A stretch of DNA of 38,606 nt from Parvularculaceae bacterium (GCA_015487305.1 WFQB01000191.1:1-38606), one strand, 5' to 3'; positions 8,785 to 18,490 are shown, counted from the stretch's first letter. The notes: generated by a model from the sequence alone, not told the origin. Numbers and translations: made by a program.

Positions 8785-9023
8785 CAACCATACTACTGCT
8801 GACTATATCCCGTATACTGACATCGAAACCAAACCTGTCCATGATATTTCCTCCCGACACTATTATGCAGTTAGCGTACCCCCCCCTCAAACATAATGTC
8901 AAGTGTGTATAAATATAGGTTTGCGTTTGCCTTCATAGCTTGACTCAGAGTTAACTTATTACTTTCCATATTTTTACTCATCAAGCACAAAATAAGCAGA
9001 TAAATGAAATAGGGCCCCAATTA

Positions 9024-9470
9024 GGCTCTGTCGCTAATTTAGCGGGTTGATTTTTCGATGCAAAGTGTGATTCAGGGGTTCTCCGAAAGGAGATTTCCGT
9101 GTCACGCCTTGATCTTGCCGATGAAGAATGGGCTATCATCAAGCCTTTGCTGCCGAAACACGGGTGCGGGCCGAAGCGGAAAGATGACCGCAAGATCCTA
9201 AACGGCATATTCTACATTCTACGCACGGACGCGCTCTGGCTGTTATTCCGTCAAAAAGCAATGCCCATAAACCAGATACGCACGATAAAAAACCTCTACG
9301 CCATGCGTAACATCGTCGAGAGGTTCTTCTGTAAGATGAAGGAGATGCGCAGGCTGGCCACACTTAAAAGAATCGACAGACCTGCCCCTGCCTTTTGGGC
9401 GAGGCGCCTGTATTGGCCGAAACCAATACCAAGCTTCGATCGCCGTATTGCGCTAAATTGGCAAAGGATT
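9024..9470 (+). mobile_element. Internally deleted IS5-family (IS427/IS1031-like) element remnant
   Basis: It contains the fused N- and C-terminal transposase remnants listed below. A possible terminal inverted match is CTAATTTAGCG (9033-9043) against CGCTAAATTGG (9451-9461). The ends are only weakly supported. Confidence 0.5.
9099..9430 (+). pseudogene. IS5-family transposase remnant (DUF4096-type N-terminus fused to the extreme C-terminus; DDE core missing)
   Basis: MSRLDLADEEWAIIKPLLPKHGCGPKRKDDRKILNGIFYILRT matches the characteristic N-terminus of IS427-group transposases. ..YAMRNIVERFFCKMKEMRRLATL matches their C-terminal RN-ERFF--LK--RRIATRYD signature. About 200 catalytic residues between the two are absent. 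Confidence 0.65.
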
Positions 9471-9507
9471 ATCGCGGGAATAAAGGACTTAGAAATGGCC
9501 ACTAAAA

Positions 9508-9537
9508 CCTATTCAGCGATGCCGAAAACCCGCAGCA
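9508..9537 (-). repeat. tadC 3' end, partner of the direct repeat at 7300-7329
   Basis: See 7300-7329. Confidence 0.7.
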
Positions 9538-10492
9538 TAGCCGGGCCAAGAATGACCAAAAACAGCACTGGCAGGAAGAATAGGATCATTGGCACGGTCA
9601 GCTTTGGCGGCAGGGCAGCAGCCTTTTTCTCAGCCTCCTGCATCCGCAATTCCCGGTTTTCTGCGGCCATCACCCGAAGCGATGCCCCAAGTGGGGTACC
9701 ATAGGTTTCGGACTGGATAAGTGCAGTGGTAATGGCTTTTACCCCATCAAGACCTGTGCGCTCGGCAAAATTAAGATAGGCGTCTTTGCGATCAGCCAGA
9801 TAGGACAGCTCTGCGGTTGTCAAAGCCAGCTCCTCAGCCAGTTCCGGGCAATTCACCCCAACTTCTTCGGATACTTTTTGCAAGGCCGCCTCAATCGACA
9901 TGCCCGCCTCAACACAGATCAATAGCAGGTCCATAGCGTCAGGAAAGTTCAGCTGGATCTTTTGCTGGCGCTTGGTGATGAGATTGGAGATATAGACATT
10001 AGGCAGATAAAACCCGCCGCCAAAACCACCAATCGTGGCCATCAGCTTGCCAAAACTGCCAAGCTCGAAACCATTAAAGACATAGACATAAATGCCCATG
10101 CCAAAGCCAACAATAATCGGCGTCAGCAAGCGCGCCAGCATGAAGGTAAAGACCGGGCGTTCGCCACGCATCCCCGCCATAGCCAGTTTCTTGGCAGCGC
10201 TTTCTGCATCAAATAATTCGAGCAATTTAAATTGTTCAACAATCTCACGCCCCATGCCCTTGGCACGGTTATTACGCAAACCACTCATCACCGATTGCTT
10301 TTGGCCCAAGGCTTCACGGCTTTCGCGGCGTAAATTTTCTTTATAATCTGCAACCCGCTTCAGGCGATCTTTCATCGGATCTGTAGCAAACATTGGCGCT
10401 AGCACAGAAAACACAGCCGCTGCTGCCCCGACCGCTGCGAGAATACCGATCAAAAACTGCCGGTCCGTTAATGTCTCAATCAACTGTTCCAT
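9509..10492 (-). CDS. tadC: Tad/Flp pilus inner-membrane platform protein TadC
   Basis: 327-aa polytopic protein with a T2SS-F-like domain, positioned directly after tadB and cpaF. Confidence 0.9.
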   Translation of the reverse strand: MEQLIETLTDRQFLIGILAAVGAAAAVFSVLAPMFATDPMKDRLKRVADYKENLRRESREALGQKQSVMSGLRNNRAKGMGREIVEQFKLLELFDAESAAKKLAMAGMRGERPVFTFMLARLLTPIIVGFGMGIYVYVFNGFELGSFGKLMATIGGFGGGFYLPNVYISNLITKRQQKIQLNFPDAMDLLLICVEAGMSIEAALQKVSEEVGVNCPELAEELALTTAELSYLADRKDAYLNFAERTGLDGVKAITTALIQSETYGTPLGASLRVMAAENRELRMQEAEKKAAALPPKLTVPMILFFLPVLFLVILGPAMLRVFGIAE

Positions 10493-10520
10493 GGATTAAC
10501 CATAAACCCCGTAAGGTGAA

Positions 10521-11513
10521 TTACACCTTAATACTGATCATATTCTTCATCACAAAAATGCCAATCGACATCCAAATAAATCCGGCAAGAAGAATTAAAT
10601 TACCGATTTGCGTCTCAACCAAAGGCTGCAAATAGCCCGGCGAAGAAGCCTGCACGAGACCGCCAACCATGAAAGGCAGGGAGCCAAGAATAACCGCTGA
10701 GGCTTTGGCTTCCATCGACAGAGCTGCAATCTTGCCCTCCATCAATTTGCGGTTCCGCAAGACGGTGCCGAGATTGCCCAGCGCCTCCGCCAAATTACCA
10801 CCCGTTGTCTTTTGAATAATAAGCACGATGGAAAAGAAATTAACCTCAGGCAAGGGCATCCGGTCATACATGCGCTCCAAGGACTGCTCCAGTGAAAGAC
10901 CAATGCGAATACCCTCTGTCATTAGATAGAATTCTGTCTTGACCGGTTCTTGGGCATCACGGGAGATAATTTTCAGACATTCATTGACCGGCAGACCCGA
11001 TTTTACACCGCGCACAATAACATCAATAGAGTTGGAAAACTCATTGACAAATTTCTTTTGCCGTCTCTTGCGCAAAAAGCCCACAATCCATCTTGGCATG
11101 CCAAGACCACCGATCACCACCATACCCAAAGTGACCTTGATATCCTGACCTGATATTAACCCGACGCCGCCCATAATGATTGCCAGAATGGCAGACAGTA
11201 AATAAAAATCACGCGGCGTGATTGTAAGACCTGCCTGTTCCAGCCATTGACTTAAAGGAATTTTTGCCTTTTTGGCTTGTGCTTTATTTTTTTCTTCAAT
11301 CTTGGCAAGAGATTCCTGAACCTGTTTGCGACGATCTTTTGGTGCATCTGGATTATTGATTGACGATGGCCCTGCGCGCAAGCCTTTGCGCGCGCCAAGC
11401 GCCGCTGCCCGCTTATTCGCCTTATCTTTTGAGGTCGGCATCATGATGACCGCAATCACTGCGCCAATCGAGAGCACTCCCAGCAAGATCATCAATATCG
11501 TTCGCGGTTCCAT
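10521..11513 (-). CDS. tadB: Tad/Flp pilus inner-membrane platform protein TadB
   Basis: 330-aa polytopic protein with a T2SS-F-like domain, paralogous in architecture to TadC and downstream of cpaF. Confidence 0.9.
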   Translation of the reverse strand: MEPRTILMILLGVLSIGAVIAVIMMPTSKDKANKRAAALGARKGLRAGPSSINNPDAPKDRRKQVQESLAKIEEKNKAQAKKAKIPLSQWLEQAGLTITPRDFYLLSAILAIIMGGVGLISGQDIKVTLGMVVIGGLGMPRWIVGFLRKRRQKKFVNEFSNSIDVIVRGVKSGLPVNECLKIISRDAQEPVKTEFYLMTEGIRIGLSLEQSLERMYDRMPLPEVNFFSIVLIIQKTTGGNLAEALGNLGTVLRNRKLMEGKIAALSMEAKASAVILGSLPFMVGGLVQASSPGYLQPLVETQIGNLILLAGFIWMSIGIFVMKNMISIKV

Positions 11514-11540
11514 AAAACCCTCTAAAAAAAATCCGAAAAA

Positions 11541-12983
11541 CTATTCGCCCGCTGCATCCAAAGCTTCGGCCAGTTCCACATGCTTGCCATAATATTTGGC
11601 ACGATCCCAAAATGCCGGTCGCGCAATGCCGGTGGATTTGTGGCGGCCGATAATTTTGCCATTATCATCTTCACCGGTAATGTCATAGACAAACAGATCC
11701 TGGGTGATAATGGTATCACCCTCTGTGCCCAGCACTTCTGTGATATGCGTGATCCGCCGTGAGCCATCCCGCAGTCGCGCCGCCTGAATAACAATATCAA
11801 TCGACCCAACAATCATTTCGCGAATGGTTTTTGACGGCAGATTATACCCACCCATGGTGATCATAGATTCGACCCGCTGCAAACCTTCTCGTGGCGAGTT
11901 GGCGTGGAGGGTTCCCATGGAGCCATCATGGCCGGTATTCATCGCTTGCAAAAGGTCAAAGGCTTCAGGGCCACGAACCTCACCAACGATAATCCGTTCT
12001 GGCCGCATCCGCAGACAGTTTTTCACCAGATCCCGCATGGTCACTTCGCCTTGGCCTTCAAGATTGGGCGGGCGTGTTTCCAACCGCACCACATGGGGCT
12101 GCTGGAGTTGAAGTTCCGCTGCGTCTTCGCAGGTGATGATGCGTTCATCTTCTTCAATAAAGGCGGTCATGCAGTTTAGCAGGGTGGTTTTACCCGAACC
12201 CGTACCACCAGAAATCAGTGTATTAATCCTTGATGCGCCAATGATTTCAAGAACCTTGGCCCCTTCTGGCGAAATCGAGCCAAAATTCACAAGGTCCTGA
12301 ATGGTCAGCTTGTCTTTTTTAAATTTCCGAATGGTCAGCGCCGGCCCATCAATTGCCAGAGGCGGCGCAATTACATTCACCCGCGAGCCATCTGGCAAGC
12401 GCGCATCACAAATCGGACTGGCTTCATCAACGCGTCGACCAACCTGGCTCACAATGCGCTGACATATATTCATCAATTGGGCATTATCGCGAAACCGCAC
12501 ATTGGTCTGTTCAATCTTGCCGTCGACCTCAATGAAAGTGCGCCCGGCGCCATTGACCATGACATCAGCAATATCATCGCGGGCCAGCAAAGGCTCCAAA
12601 GGCCCATAGCCAAGAACATCATTACAAATATCCTGCAATAATTGCTCCTGCTCGGAGATCGACATTTGCAGGTTTTTAATCGTAATAATTTCATTGACGA
12701 TATCACGAATTTCTTCGGCGGCTGATTCAGGATCAAGTTGCGCCAATTGCGACAGATCAATCGTATCAATCAGCGCATTGAAAATTGCGGTCTTGGTCTG
12801 GTAATAGGATTCCGATTTTTGAACATCCGAATTCTTTTTTGCATCCGTTACCGGCGGCAATTCTTTTTTCGGTACGACAGCAACTTTGGGCGGTGCTTTT
12901 TTTTCTGCAACCGCTTTTTTCGTCGGCGCTTTTGGCGCTGGCGCTGCTGTTGTTGCGTGTTGTGCTGAGCGTTTTCCGAACAT
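11541..12983 (-). CDS. cpaF: Tad/Flp pilus secretion ATPase CpaF/TadA
   Basis: Walker [15 protein letters not shown] plus Asp/His boxes (..[14 protein letters not shown].., ..[13 protein letters not shown]..) typical of the VirB11/CpaF family. The N-terminal linker is Lys/Ala/Pro-rich. Confidence 0.95.
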   Translation of the reverse strand: MFGKRSAQHATTAAPAPKAPTKKAVAEKKAPPKVAVVPKKELPPVTDAKKNSDVQKSESYYQTKTAIFNALIDTIDLSQLAQLDPESAAEEIRDIVNEIITIKNLQMSISEQEQLLQDICNDVLGYGPLEPLLARDDIADVMVNGAGRTFIEVDGKIEQTNVRFRDNAQLMNICQRIVSQVGRRVDEASPICDARLPDGSRVNVIAPPLAIDGPALTIRKFKKDKLTIQDLVNFGSISPEGAKVLEIIGASRINTLISGGTGSGKTTLLNCMTAFIEEDERIITCEDAAELQLQQPHVVRLETRPPNLEGQGEVTMRDLVKNCLRMRPERIIVGEVRGPEAFDLLQAMNTGHDGSMGTLHANSPREGLQRVESMITMGGYNLPSKTIREMIVGSIDIVIQAARLRDGSRRITHITEVLGTEGDTIITQDLFVYDITGEDDNGKIIGRHKSTGIARPAFWDRAKYYGKHVELAEALDAAGE

Positions 12984-12988
12984 AATTT

Positions 12989-14668
12989 TTACCGTTTACC
13001 GAACAAAGAAGCGAGAGAAAAACCCTTGCTTTGGTGGACAGGGGATTGCCCCAAAATAGTGGCAGCAATATTGGTGACGGCATTGGCCACGCTGGATTTA
13101 GGCCCGGCTTCCATCAAGGTTTGGCCATTCGCGCTGGCATTACCGAAAAGCTGTGGATCCCAGTCAATAATAACAGAAGGTCCAAAACCGAGTGCTTCTT
13201 TGAACTGCTCGGCGGGCACTTCAATACGCTTGGGCACATTGACCTGATTGAGAATAAGCGTTGGCGCTGCATCATTGGCGCGATGGACCGCCAAGGCTTC
13301 AACAATGTTTTTAGCATTGCGGAAAGACGCCAGATCCGGCGTTGCAGTGATGACGATTTCATCGGCAGATTGCAGCACATAGCGCGCCCAGCCATTCCAG
13401 ACATGGGGTACATCGATGATAATATTTGGCGCTGTCGTGCGAACAATATCCAATACGGTTTCATAAGCCGAATCCGGCATGGAATATTCGCGATCCAGCA
13501 GATTGGGCGCCGCAAACAGGCTGAGGCGGTCAGAAACCTTTTGCAGCAATCGGTCCAACAAAACATCATCAAGACGTTCAGGTGCCGCCAGCGCCTCGGC
13601 CAGACCTTGCGAAGGATCCTGCTCTAAATCCAGACTGGCTGTACCAAAGGGCAAATCCAAATCCATCAATACGGCATTGGATTTAAAATTCTCGGCAATC
13701 GCCCAAGCCACATTGTGACAAATGGTCGAGGAGCCAACCCCGCCACGGGCCCCAACAAACGCAATATTGCGCCCAATCGGGGGGGCGGAAGGATCAACAT
13801 AAAGGCTCGAAATAGTATTGATGATAGTCACCGGCGAGCGCGGTGTAATCAGATATTCACTGACGCCTTTGTCAATCAAATCCCGATACAGGCGAATATC
13901 ATTGATGTGACCAACCACCACAACACGGGTGCTTGGGTCGCAAACCTCTGCCAAATTATTGAGTCCCTCCATCAGCGACTCACCACCTTTAAGGGATTCC
14001 AAGATCACCAGATTTGGCGTGTTTTGGCTACGGAAATACTCAGCGGCTTTTTGAATACCGCCCGACATAATTGTCACATGGGCTTTGGCAAGACGGCGAT
14101 CCAGCGCAGCCTTTTCCATCAGATCGGAAAATTCTGTGCTTTCGCAAAAGACATCAATATTGATACGTGGTACAGGACGATGATCATCGCCCATACGCAT
14201 ATCTTCAAAATCATCCTCATCGTCTGAAAAATCAGGAACAGCCGCAGCAATGGAAACCAATTCCGTTGCGTCCTCGGCTTCAGCGTCTATGTCTGTAGCC
14301 TCTGGCAAGTCTTCATCATCGGCAAAAGCTGGTAGCTCGCCATTTTCAGCAAATTCATGGCCCTCACTATCAAGGGCACTATCCCCAGCAAAGGCATCAT
14401 CTTCAGCAGCAGCACTCTCACCGGAATTCTCAGAATCGGTATCTGCCAATGCCGCTTCCAGATCATCCAAATCTTCAATCGCCACTTCTGACGCAGCTTC
14501 GGACGGCGTCTCTTCGACTTCATCCCACAAGCCTTCATTATCCCCGGCCAACTCGTCGTCGAAGTCGAGATCCAGATCCGCATCAAGTTCTTCCAAAGCG
14601 CGCAATTCCTCTTCGGAAAGCTCCGCCTCACCATCAAACTCGAATTGTTCTTTCGTCACTGTACTCAT
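12989..14668 (-). CDS. cpaE: CpaE/TadZ-type pilus localisation ATPase (ParA/MinD-like) with a long acidic N-terminal extension
   Basis: It has a pseudo-receiver-like segment, then the deviant Walker A FVGARGGVGSSTICHN and a MinD/ParA fold. Roughly the first 165 residues are extremely Asp/Glu-rich. Confidence 0.85.
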   Translation of the reverse strand: MSTVTKEQFEFDGEAELSEEELRALEELDADLDLDFDDELAGDNEGLWDEVEETPSEAASEVAIEDLDDLEAALADTDSENSGESAAAEDDAFAGDSALDSEGHEFAENGELPAFADDEDLPEATDIDAEAEDATELVSIAAAVPDFSDDEDDFEDMRMGDDHRPVPRINIDVFCESTEFSDLMEKAALDRRLAKAHVTIMSGGIQKAAEYFRSQNTPNLVILESLKGGESLMEGLNNLAEVCDPSTRVVVVGHINDIRLYRDLIDKGVSEYLITPRSPVTIINTISSLYVDPSAPPIGRNIAFVGARGGVGSSTICHNVAWAIAENFKSNAVLMDLDLPFGTASLDLEQDPSQGLAEALAAPERLDDVLLDRLLQKVSDRLSLFAAPNLLDREYSMPDSAYETVLDIVRTTAPNIIIDVPHVWNGWARYVLQSADEIVITATPDLASFRNAKNIVEALAVHRANDAAPTLILNQVNVPKRIEVPAEQFKEALGFGPSVIIDWDPQLFGNASANGQTLMEAGPKSSVANAVTNIAATILGQSPVHQSKGFSLASLFGKR

Positions 14669-14707
14669 GACCTTACACTCCCATGCCTGCTATCAGGCTT
14701 TATTCAT

Positions 14708-15391
14708 TTATTCTGTCGTTGAGACATCACTGCTGGCTTCTGTTTCGCTGGCCGTTGACTGGCCACCTTGATATGCGGTGATAGCGCCGACCTGTTTGAC
14801 AGGGTCGCTCGCGCTTAAAGGCCGTGCTACCGTCAAATCACGCGGGTCAACAATCATGGCTGCCAGATTGTTTTGTGTGGCACAGCCGAAATTCTTACTG
14901 GAAACATTTTGACGATTGCGTTTCCACACTTCGGAAAAATCACCGCAAGCCGTCGCTGAGGCTACATAGCGAGAAAAAGAAACAATCACTTCCTGATCGG
15001 TTGCATTGCCAGACACACGATAGGTCGCGCCCAGCATTTTATCCCAGCCAATACCCATGGCATGTAATTCATTGCGAATGTCAGCGGCCAGCTCCTGACC
15101 AAAATAATCGGCACGATTGCCAGAAGGCGCTGTCACCGTGATAGGTCCATGCCCCTCACGGGCATAGCTGCCAACAAAAGCAGACAGGCGGGCCTTATCC
15201 ATAGAGGATAATTCGCTAAGGCTTTTGTCGGCCACAATAGTCAATGTAACGGTTTGCTGATCAACCATAATCGGGAAAGCTTCGGCAACATTTGTTGGCA
15301 CAACGCGTTGCGATTTAAATGATCCCGCACAGGCCGTAACCAGCAAAGCACTGACACTGAGGGCAAGAAATGATTTCATTTTACTATTCAT
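14708..15391 (-). CDS. cpaD: CpaD-family pilus assembly lipoprotein
   Basis: Signal peptide plus lipobox ..SALLVTAC, and the conserved ..NFGCATQNNLAAMIVDPRDL.. block typical of CpaD. It lies between cpaC and cpaE. Confidence 0.75.
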   Translation of the reverse strand: MNSKMKSFLALSVSALLVTACAGSFKSQRVVPTNVAEAFPIMVDQQTVTLTIVADKSLSELSSMDKARLSAFVGSYAREGHGPITVTAPSGNRADYFGQELAADIRNELHAMGIGWDKMLGATYRVSGNATDQEVIVSFSRYVASATACGDFSEVWKRNRQNVSSKNFGCATQNNLAAMIVDPRDLTVARPLSASDPVKQVGAITAYQGGQSTASETEASSDVSTTE

Positions 15392-15403
15392 GATTGCGTT
15401 TCC

Positions 15404-16876
15404 TCAGTCGATGATAAAGCCCAGCGGGCCTTGTAAATTGCGATCGGTTGATTGCGGGCGCATGCCATTATTGGACTCTAACTTACCCAGCAACACCATT
15501 TCTGCGTCGGATGCGGATTTAAACCCATCATCCGGCGAGCTTAAATTGCTCATATGCGTTGGCTCTACGAGATAGGGGGTGACGATAATCACCAGCTCTG
15601 TCTCATTGCGTAAAAAGTCATTGGAGCGGAATAATTGCCCCAAAACCGCAACATCTTTTAAACCCGGCAATCCTTCAACGGCGGATTGAATGTTTTCCTG
15701 CAACAGTCCCGCCATAGCCAAAGAGCCACCAGAGGGCAATTCTACAGTTGTTTCAGCGGTCCGCACATTCAGACCGGGCACAGTAAAGCCTTCAACACGT
15801 TCCTGCTCACCAGTGTCAGGATTGGTTCTAATAAACCCACCTATGGTGACGCCGGTTGTTGCCGAAAGGTCGGAAACTTCGGTTTTAATTTTCAGATTGA
15901 TCCGACCTTTGGACAAAACCACAGGGGTAAAGCCAAGGCCAACACCATATTTTTTAAACTCAATGCTTGTTGTGCCAAGACCAGAAGCTGCCGGAACCGG
16001 AAATTCACCGCCTGCCAAAAAGCTTGCAGGCTCGCCAGAAACGGCGGTGATATTGGGCTCTGCCAAGACGCGTACCAGACCCATTTGCTCAAAAGCATCA
16101 AAGTTTAAATCCAAACGCCGCAGATTGCCATTGGCGGCCAATCGTGCAGCAGCGTTCAGGCCACCAAGAGAGCTGCCATTCACCGCAAAGGAATTATCGA
16201 TAGCAAGGTCAAAGACATTATTGTCAATCACCGCTGTTCCATTGGAATCAATCCCAAGCTGCTTGATCAGACGGCGCTGCATTTCAACAATGCGCACTTT
16301 CAGCATAACCTGCCCGCGTTCGCGAATGGTCAGCATATTCATCACCAAAAGCGGATCGCCCACATATCTAACAGCAATGTCAAAAGCCTGCTGGGCCTCA
16401 GAATTATTAGCCACTACACCACGCAGAATAATATTGTCATTGACCGCCTCAACTTGGAGGCGAGCATTTGGCAAAATCCTACTATAAACTTCACTTAGCG
16501 CATCAAGGTCGCGCTCGACGCGAATCTCTAAATTGAGAATCTCGCGGCCTTTATTGTCAAAAAAGAAGGCATTGGTCTGGCCCACTTCCATACCAATAAT
16601 GTAAATTTTGCGTGGGGAACGAACAACCGCTTCCACTTTATCCGGTTGCGCCACCACCACATCAGAAACATCGCGGGGCAACTCAACAACGGCCATTTTG
16701 TTCAGCGGCAGAACAAGGCTGCGTGATGTCTGATTGGTGCCGCCTGTATCAATACGTACACCATCGGATGCAGCGGCTGCCGAAGGGGCCAACGCCACAG
16801 GCGCCACGAGACCAGCCATCAACAGGGCTGTTAAAATCGCGGCACTCTTTTGCCATTTTTTGATCGTAAACATCAT
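15404..16876 (-). CDS. cpaC: Tad pilus outer-membrane secretin CpaC/RcpA
   Basis: 490 aa with a signal peptide, an N-terminal pilus-formation (BON-like) domain and a C-terminal secretin domain (..VLAEPNITAVSGEPASFLAGGEFPVP.. ..GLPGLKDVAVLGQLFRS..). Confidence 0.9.
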   Translation of the reverse strand: MMFTIKKWQKSAAILTALLMAGLVAPVALAPSAAAASDGVRIDTGGTNQTSRSLVLPLNKMAVVELPRDVSDVVVAQPDKVEAVVRSPRKIYIIGMEVGQTNAFFFDNKGREILNLEIRVERDLDALSEVYSRILPNARLQVEAVNDNIILRGVVANNSEAQQAFDIAVRYVGDPLLVMNMLTIRERGQVMLKVRIVEMQRRLIKQLGIDSNGTAVIDNNVFDLAIDNSFAVNGSSLGGLNAAARLAANGNLRRLDLNFDAFEQMGLVRVLAEPNITAVSGEPASFLAGGEFPVPAASGLGTTSIEFKKYGVGLGFTPVVLSKGRINLKIKTEVSDLSATTGVTIGGFIRTNPDTGEQERVEGFTVPGLNVRTAETTVELPSGGSLAMAGLLQENIQSAVEGLPGLKDVAVLGQLFRSNDFLRNETELVIIVTPYLVEPTHMSNLSSPDDGFKSASDAEMVLLGKLESNNGMRPQSTDRNLQGPLGFIID

Positions 16877-16940
16877 ATTCTCTACCTATGCCCGGTTGGG
16901 CGGCTGTAATTAGCGAAGAAGATTTTATTTCCTCTTAGCT

Positions 16941-17711
16941 TTAAGATCTGCCATAGCGAATGACTTGGACTTTGGTTGGACGAAGTTCCTGTTGAATTTC
17001 CTCACCACCTTCGGGCACGAAAGCACTGCGCAGCACCAGCGATACATTGTCAGCAGCTTCGCGAACGCTCAAAAATTCTTCAACTTGATAAGGGGCAATC
17101 TCAACGGTTGCTGTGCGACCAACGACCGTGCCCTCTGCGGTGTCCTGAATGGTTTGATCAATCGCCAGAACGCGTAAGTTGGAATAAAGAAGCTCAGAAT
17201 AAATTTCGCCTGTCTCGCTTTGCGGCACTTCCTCTGAAAAATAAACATCCACCCGATCACCCGGCAGTATAAAGCCGCCGGCAGATGTAACAGGATCAAT
17301 GCTTAATGTAACCGCCCGCATGCCTGGCGTTAACAAGGCTGACATCATCGAGCGATCGCCGGGTTGAACAATCTTAGCGGCCGTAATCGGCTCGCCCAGA
17401 TAAATATTGGTTCTGGCCAAAGCACTGTCTAACCCGTCGAAAAACTCACCATTGTCTTCTGTGATGAAATATTCCGGTAGATTATCCTTTGGGAATTTCA
17501 CCCATTTTGTAGCAACTGGATCCAGTTTCTGACCTTTTTGAAAATCAGCATCGGCAACAAGAACGCGCACAGTTTCAGTGCGATCCTGTTGTGGGACAAT
17601 CTGCGTTACGACTTCTGGGTTCTTGTTATCGCCGCCCATGGCCACAAGCAGAAACGCTCCGCCGCCAGCCAATAAGGCAACTACTACAAGAATGATACGA
17701 CCTATATTCAC
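16941..17711 (-). CDS. cpaB: Flp pilus assembly protein CpaB/RcpC
   Basis: N-terminal TM anchor MNIGRIILVVVALLAGGGAFLLV, then SAF-like and RcpC domains. It lies between cpaA and cpaC. Confidence 0.85.
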   Translation of the reverse strand: MNIGRIILVVVALLAGGGAFLLVAMGGDNKNPEVVTQIVPQQDRTETVRVLVADADFQKGQKLDPVATKWVKFPKDNLPEYFITEDNGEFFDGLDSALARTNIYLGEPITAAKIVQPGDRSMMSALLTPGMRAVTLSIDPVTSAGGFILPGDRVDVYFSEEVPQSETGEIYSELLYSNLRVLAIDQTIQDTAEGTVVGRTATVEIAPYQVEEFLSVREAADNVSLVLRSAFVPEGGEEIQQELRPTKVQVIRYGRS

Positions 17712-17817
17712 GATTCACCTGTCACTTTCCCCCGAAAAACACGGGACGGGGTTATCTCGCTTGAATTATCAACGAAAACCCTCAAAACATTGTTAACCGC
17801 AAAACCCCCTAACATTA

Positions 17818-18324
17818 TTAAACTCCGAAAACTGATAGAAAAATTTGCGTTTGCGGCAAAGTCCATAAACCACCGCCGGCAATAGCGATGCCATAGGGTA
17901 TTTGTTGCCCGGATTGATGAAGTTTTAATATCCATGGCGCCTGCGCATAGACCGGCAATAATGGTGATTTACGAAACATCATCAGCGCCACAGCGACCAG
18001 TCCGCCAATTACTGCAACTTTGAATAAAAATATCCATAAAGCGGTCACACCAACCCAAGGGACCGAGGCCGCAATAAGCTTGGCATCGCCACCACCCAGT
18101 ATTTTAAAGGCAAAAAGCCCCATGCCCATGAACAGAACAACCACACCTAACAATAGGTTGATCCCGATATCGCCTAAAGAAATACCGGCTAATAGCGCCG
18201 CAATGGGATAGCTTGCAATCAAAGCAATTGAGATCCAGTTCGGAATTCGCAGCGCTTTGATATCATTTAAAGCAGCCACAATCCAAGCGGCAGGCGGAAT
18301 GGATAAAGCCAACATTGCGAACAT
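17818..18324 (-). CDS. cpaA: Prepilin peptidase CpaA/TadV (A24 family, no methyltransferase domain)
   Basis: 168-aa polytopic protein with two Asp motifs (..ALNDIKALRIPN.. and ..GGGDAKL..), immediately downstream of the flp genes. Confidence 0.85.
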   Translation of the reverse strand: MFAMLALSIPPAAWIVAALNDIKALRIPNWISIALIASYPIAALLAGISLGDIGINLLLGVVVLFMGMGLFAFKILGGGDAKLIAASVPWVGVTALWIFLFKVAVIGGLVAVALMMFRKSPLLPVYAQAPWILKLHQSGQQIPYGIAIAGGGLWTLPQTQIFLSVFGV

Positions 18325-18490
18325 AAGGCACCCTTTTTACAAACTGATAACCATGTTTTTAAACGGGGTGTGTTAATGAGAGGTTATGCAACCGCAAGTG
18401 TTATTCCGCCTAGAGAGTATTTTTATTTAAGGGGTTGTTTACAAGTGTTTACAAAACACTAACGCAATATAACGAAGCATCCCTTAGGCG

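Noticed and set aside
9099-9704. 201-aa plus-strand ORF that looks like an intact gene
   Set aside because: Only about the first 110 codons resemble transposase termini. The remainder runs antisense through the 3' part of tadC, including the peptide SAMPKTR that first flagged the repeat. It is treated as a pseudogene remnant plus a chance open frame.
12785-16487. Long antisense ORFs inside cpaF, cpaE and cpaC (for example 13031-13627, 13715-14227, 14250-14771, 15690-16487)
   Set aside because: They mirror the codon structure of well-supported genes on the opposite strand. The 14250-14771 frame is a Ser-rich reflection of the Asp/Glu-rich cpaE extension. None has independent evidence.
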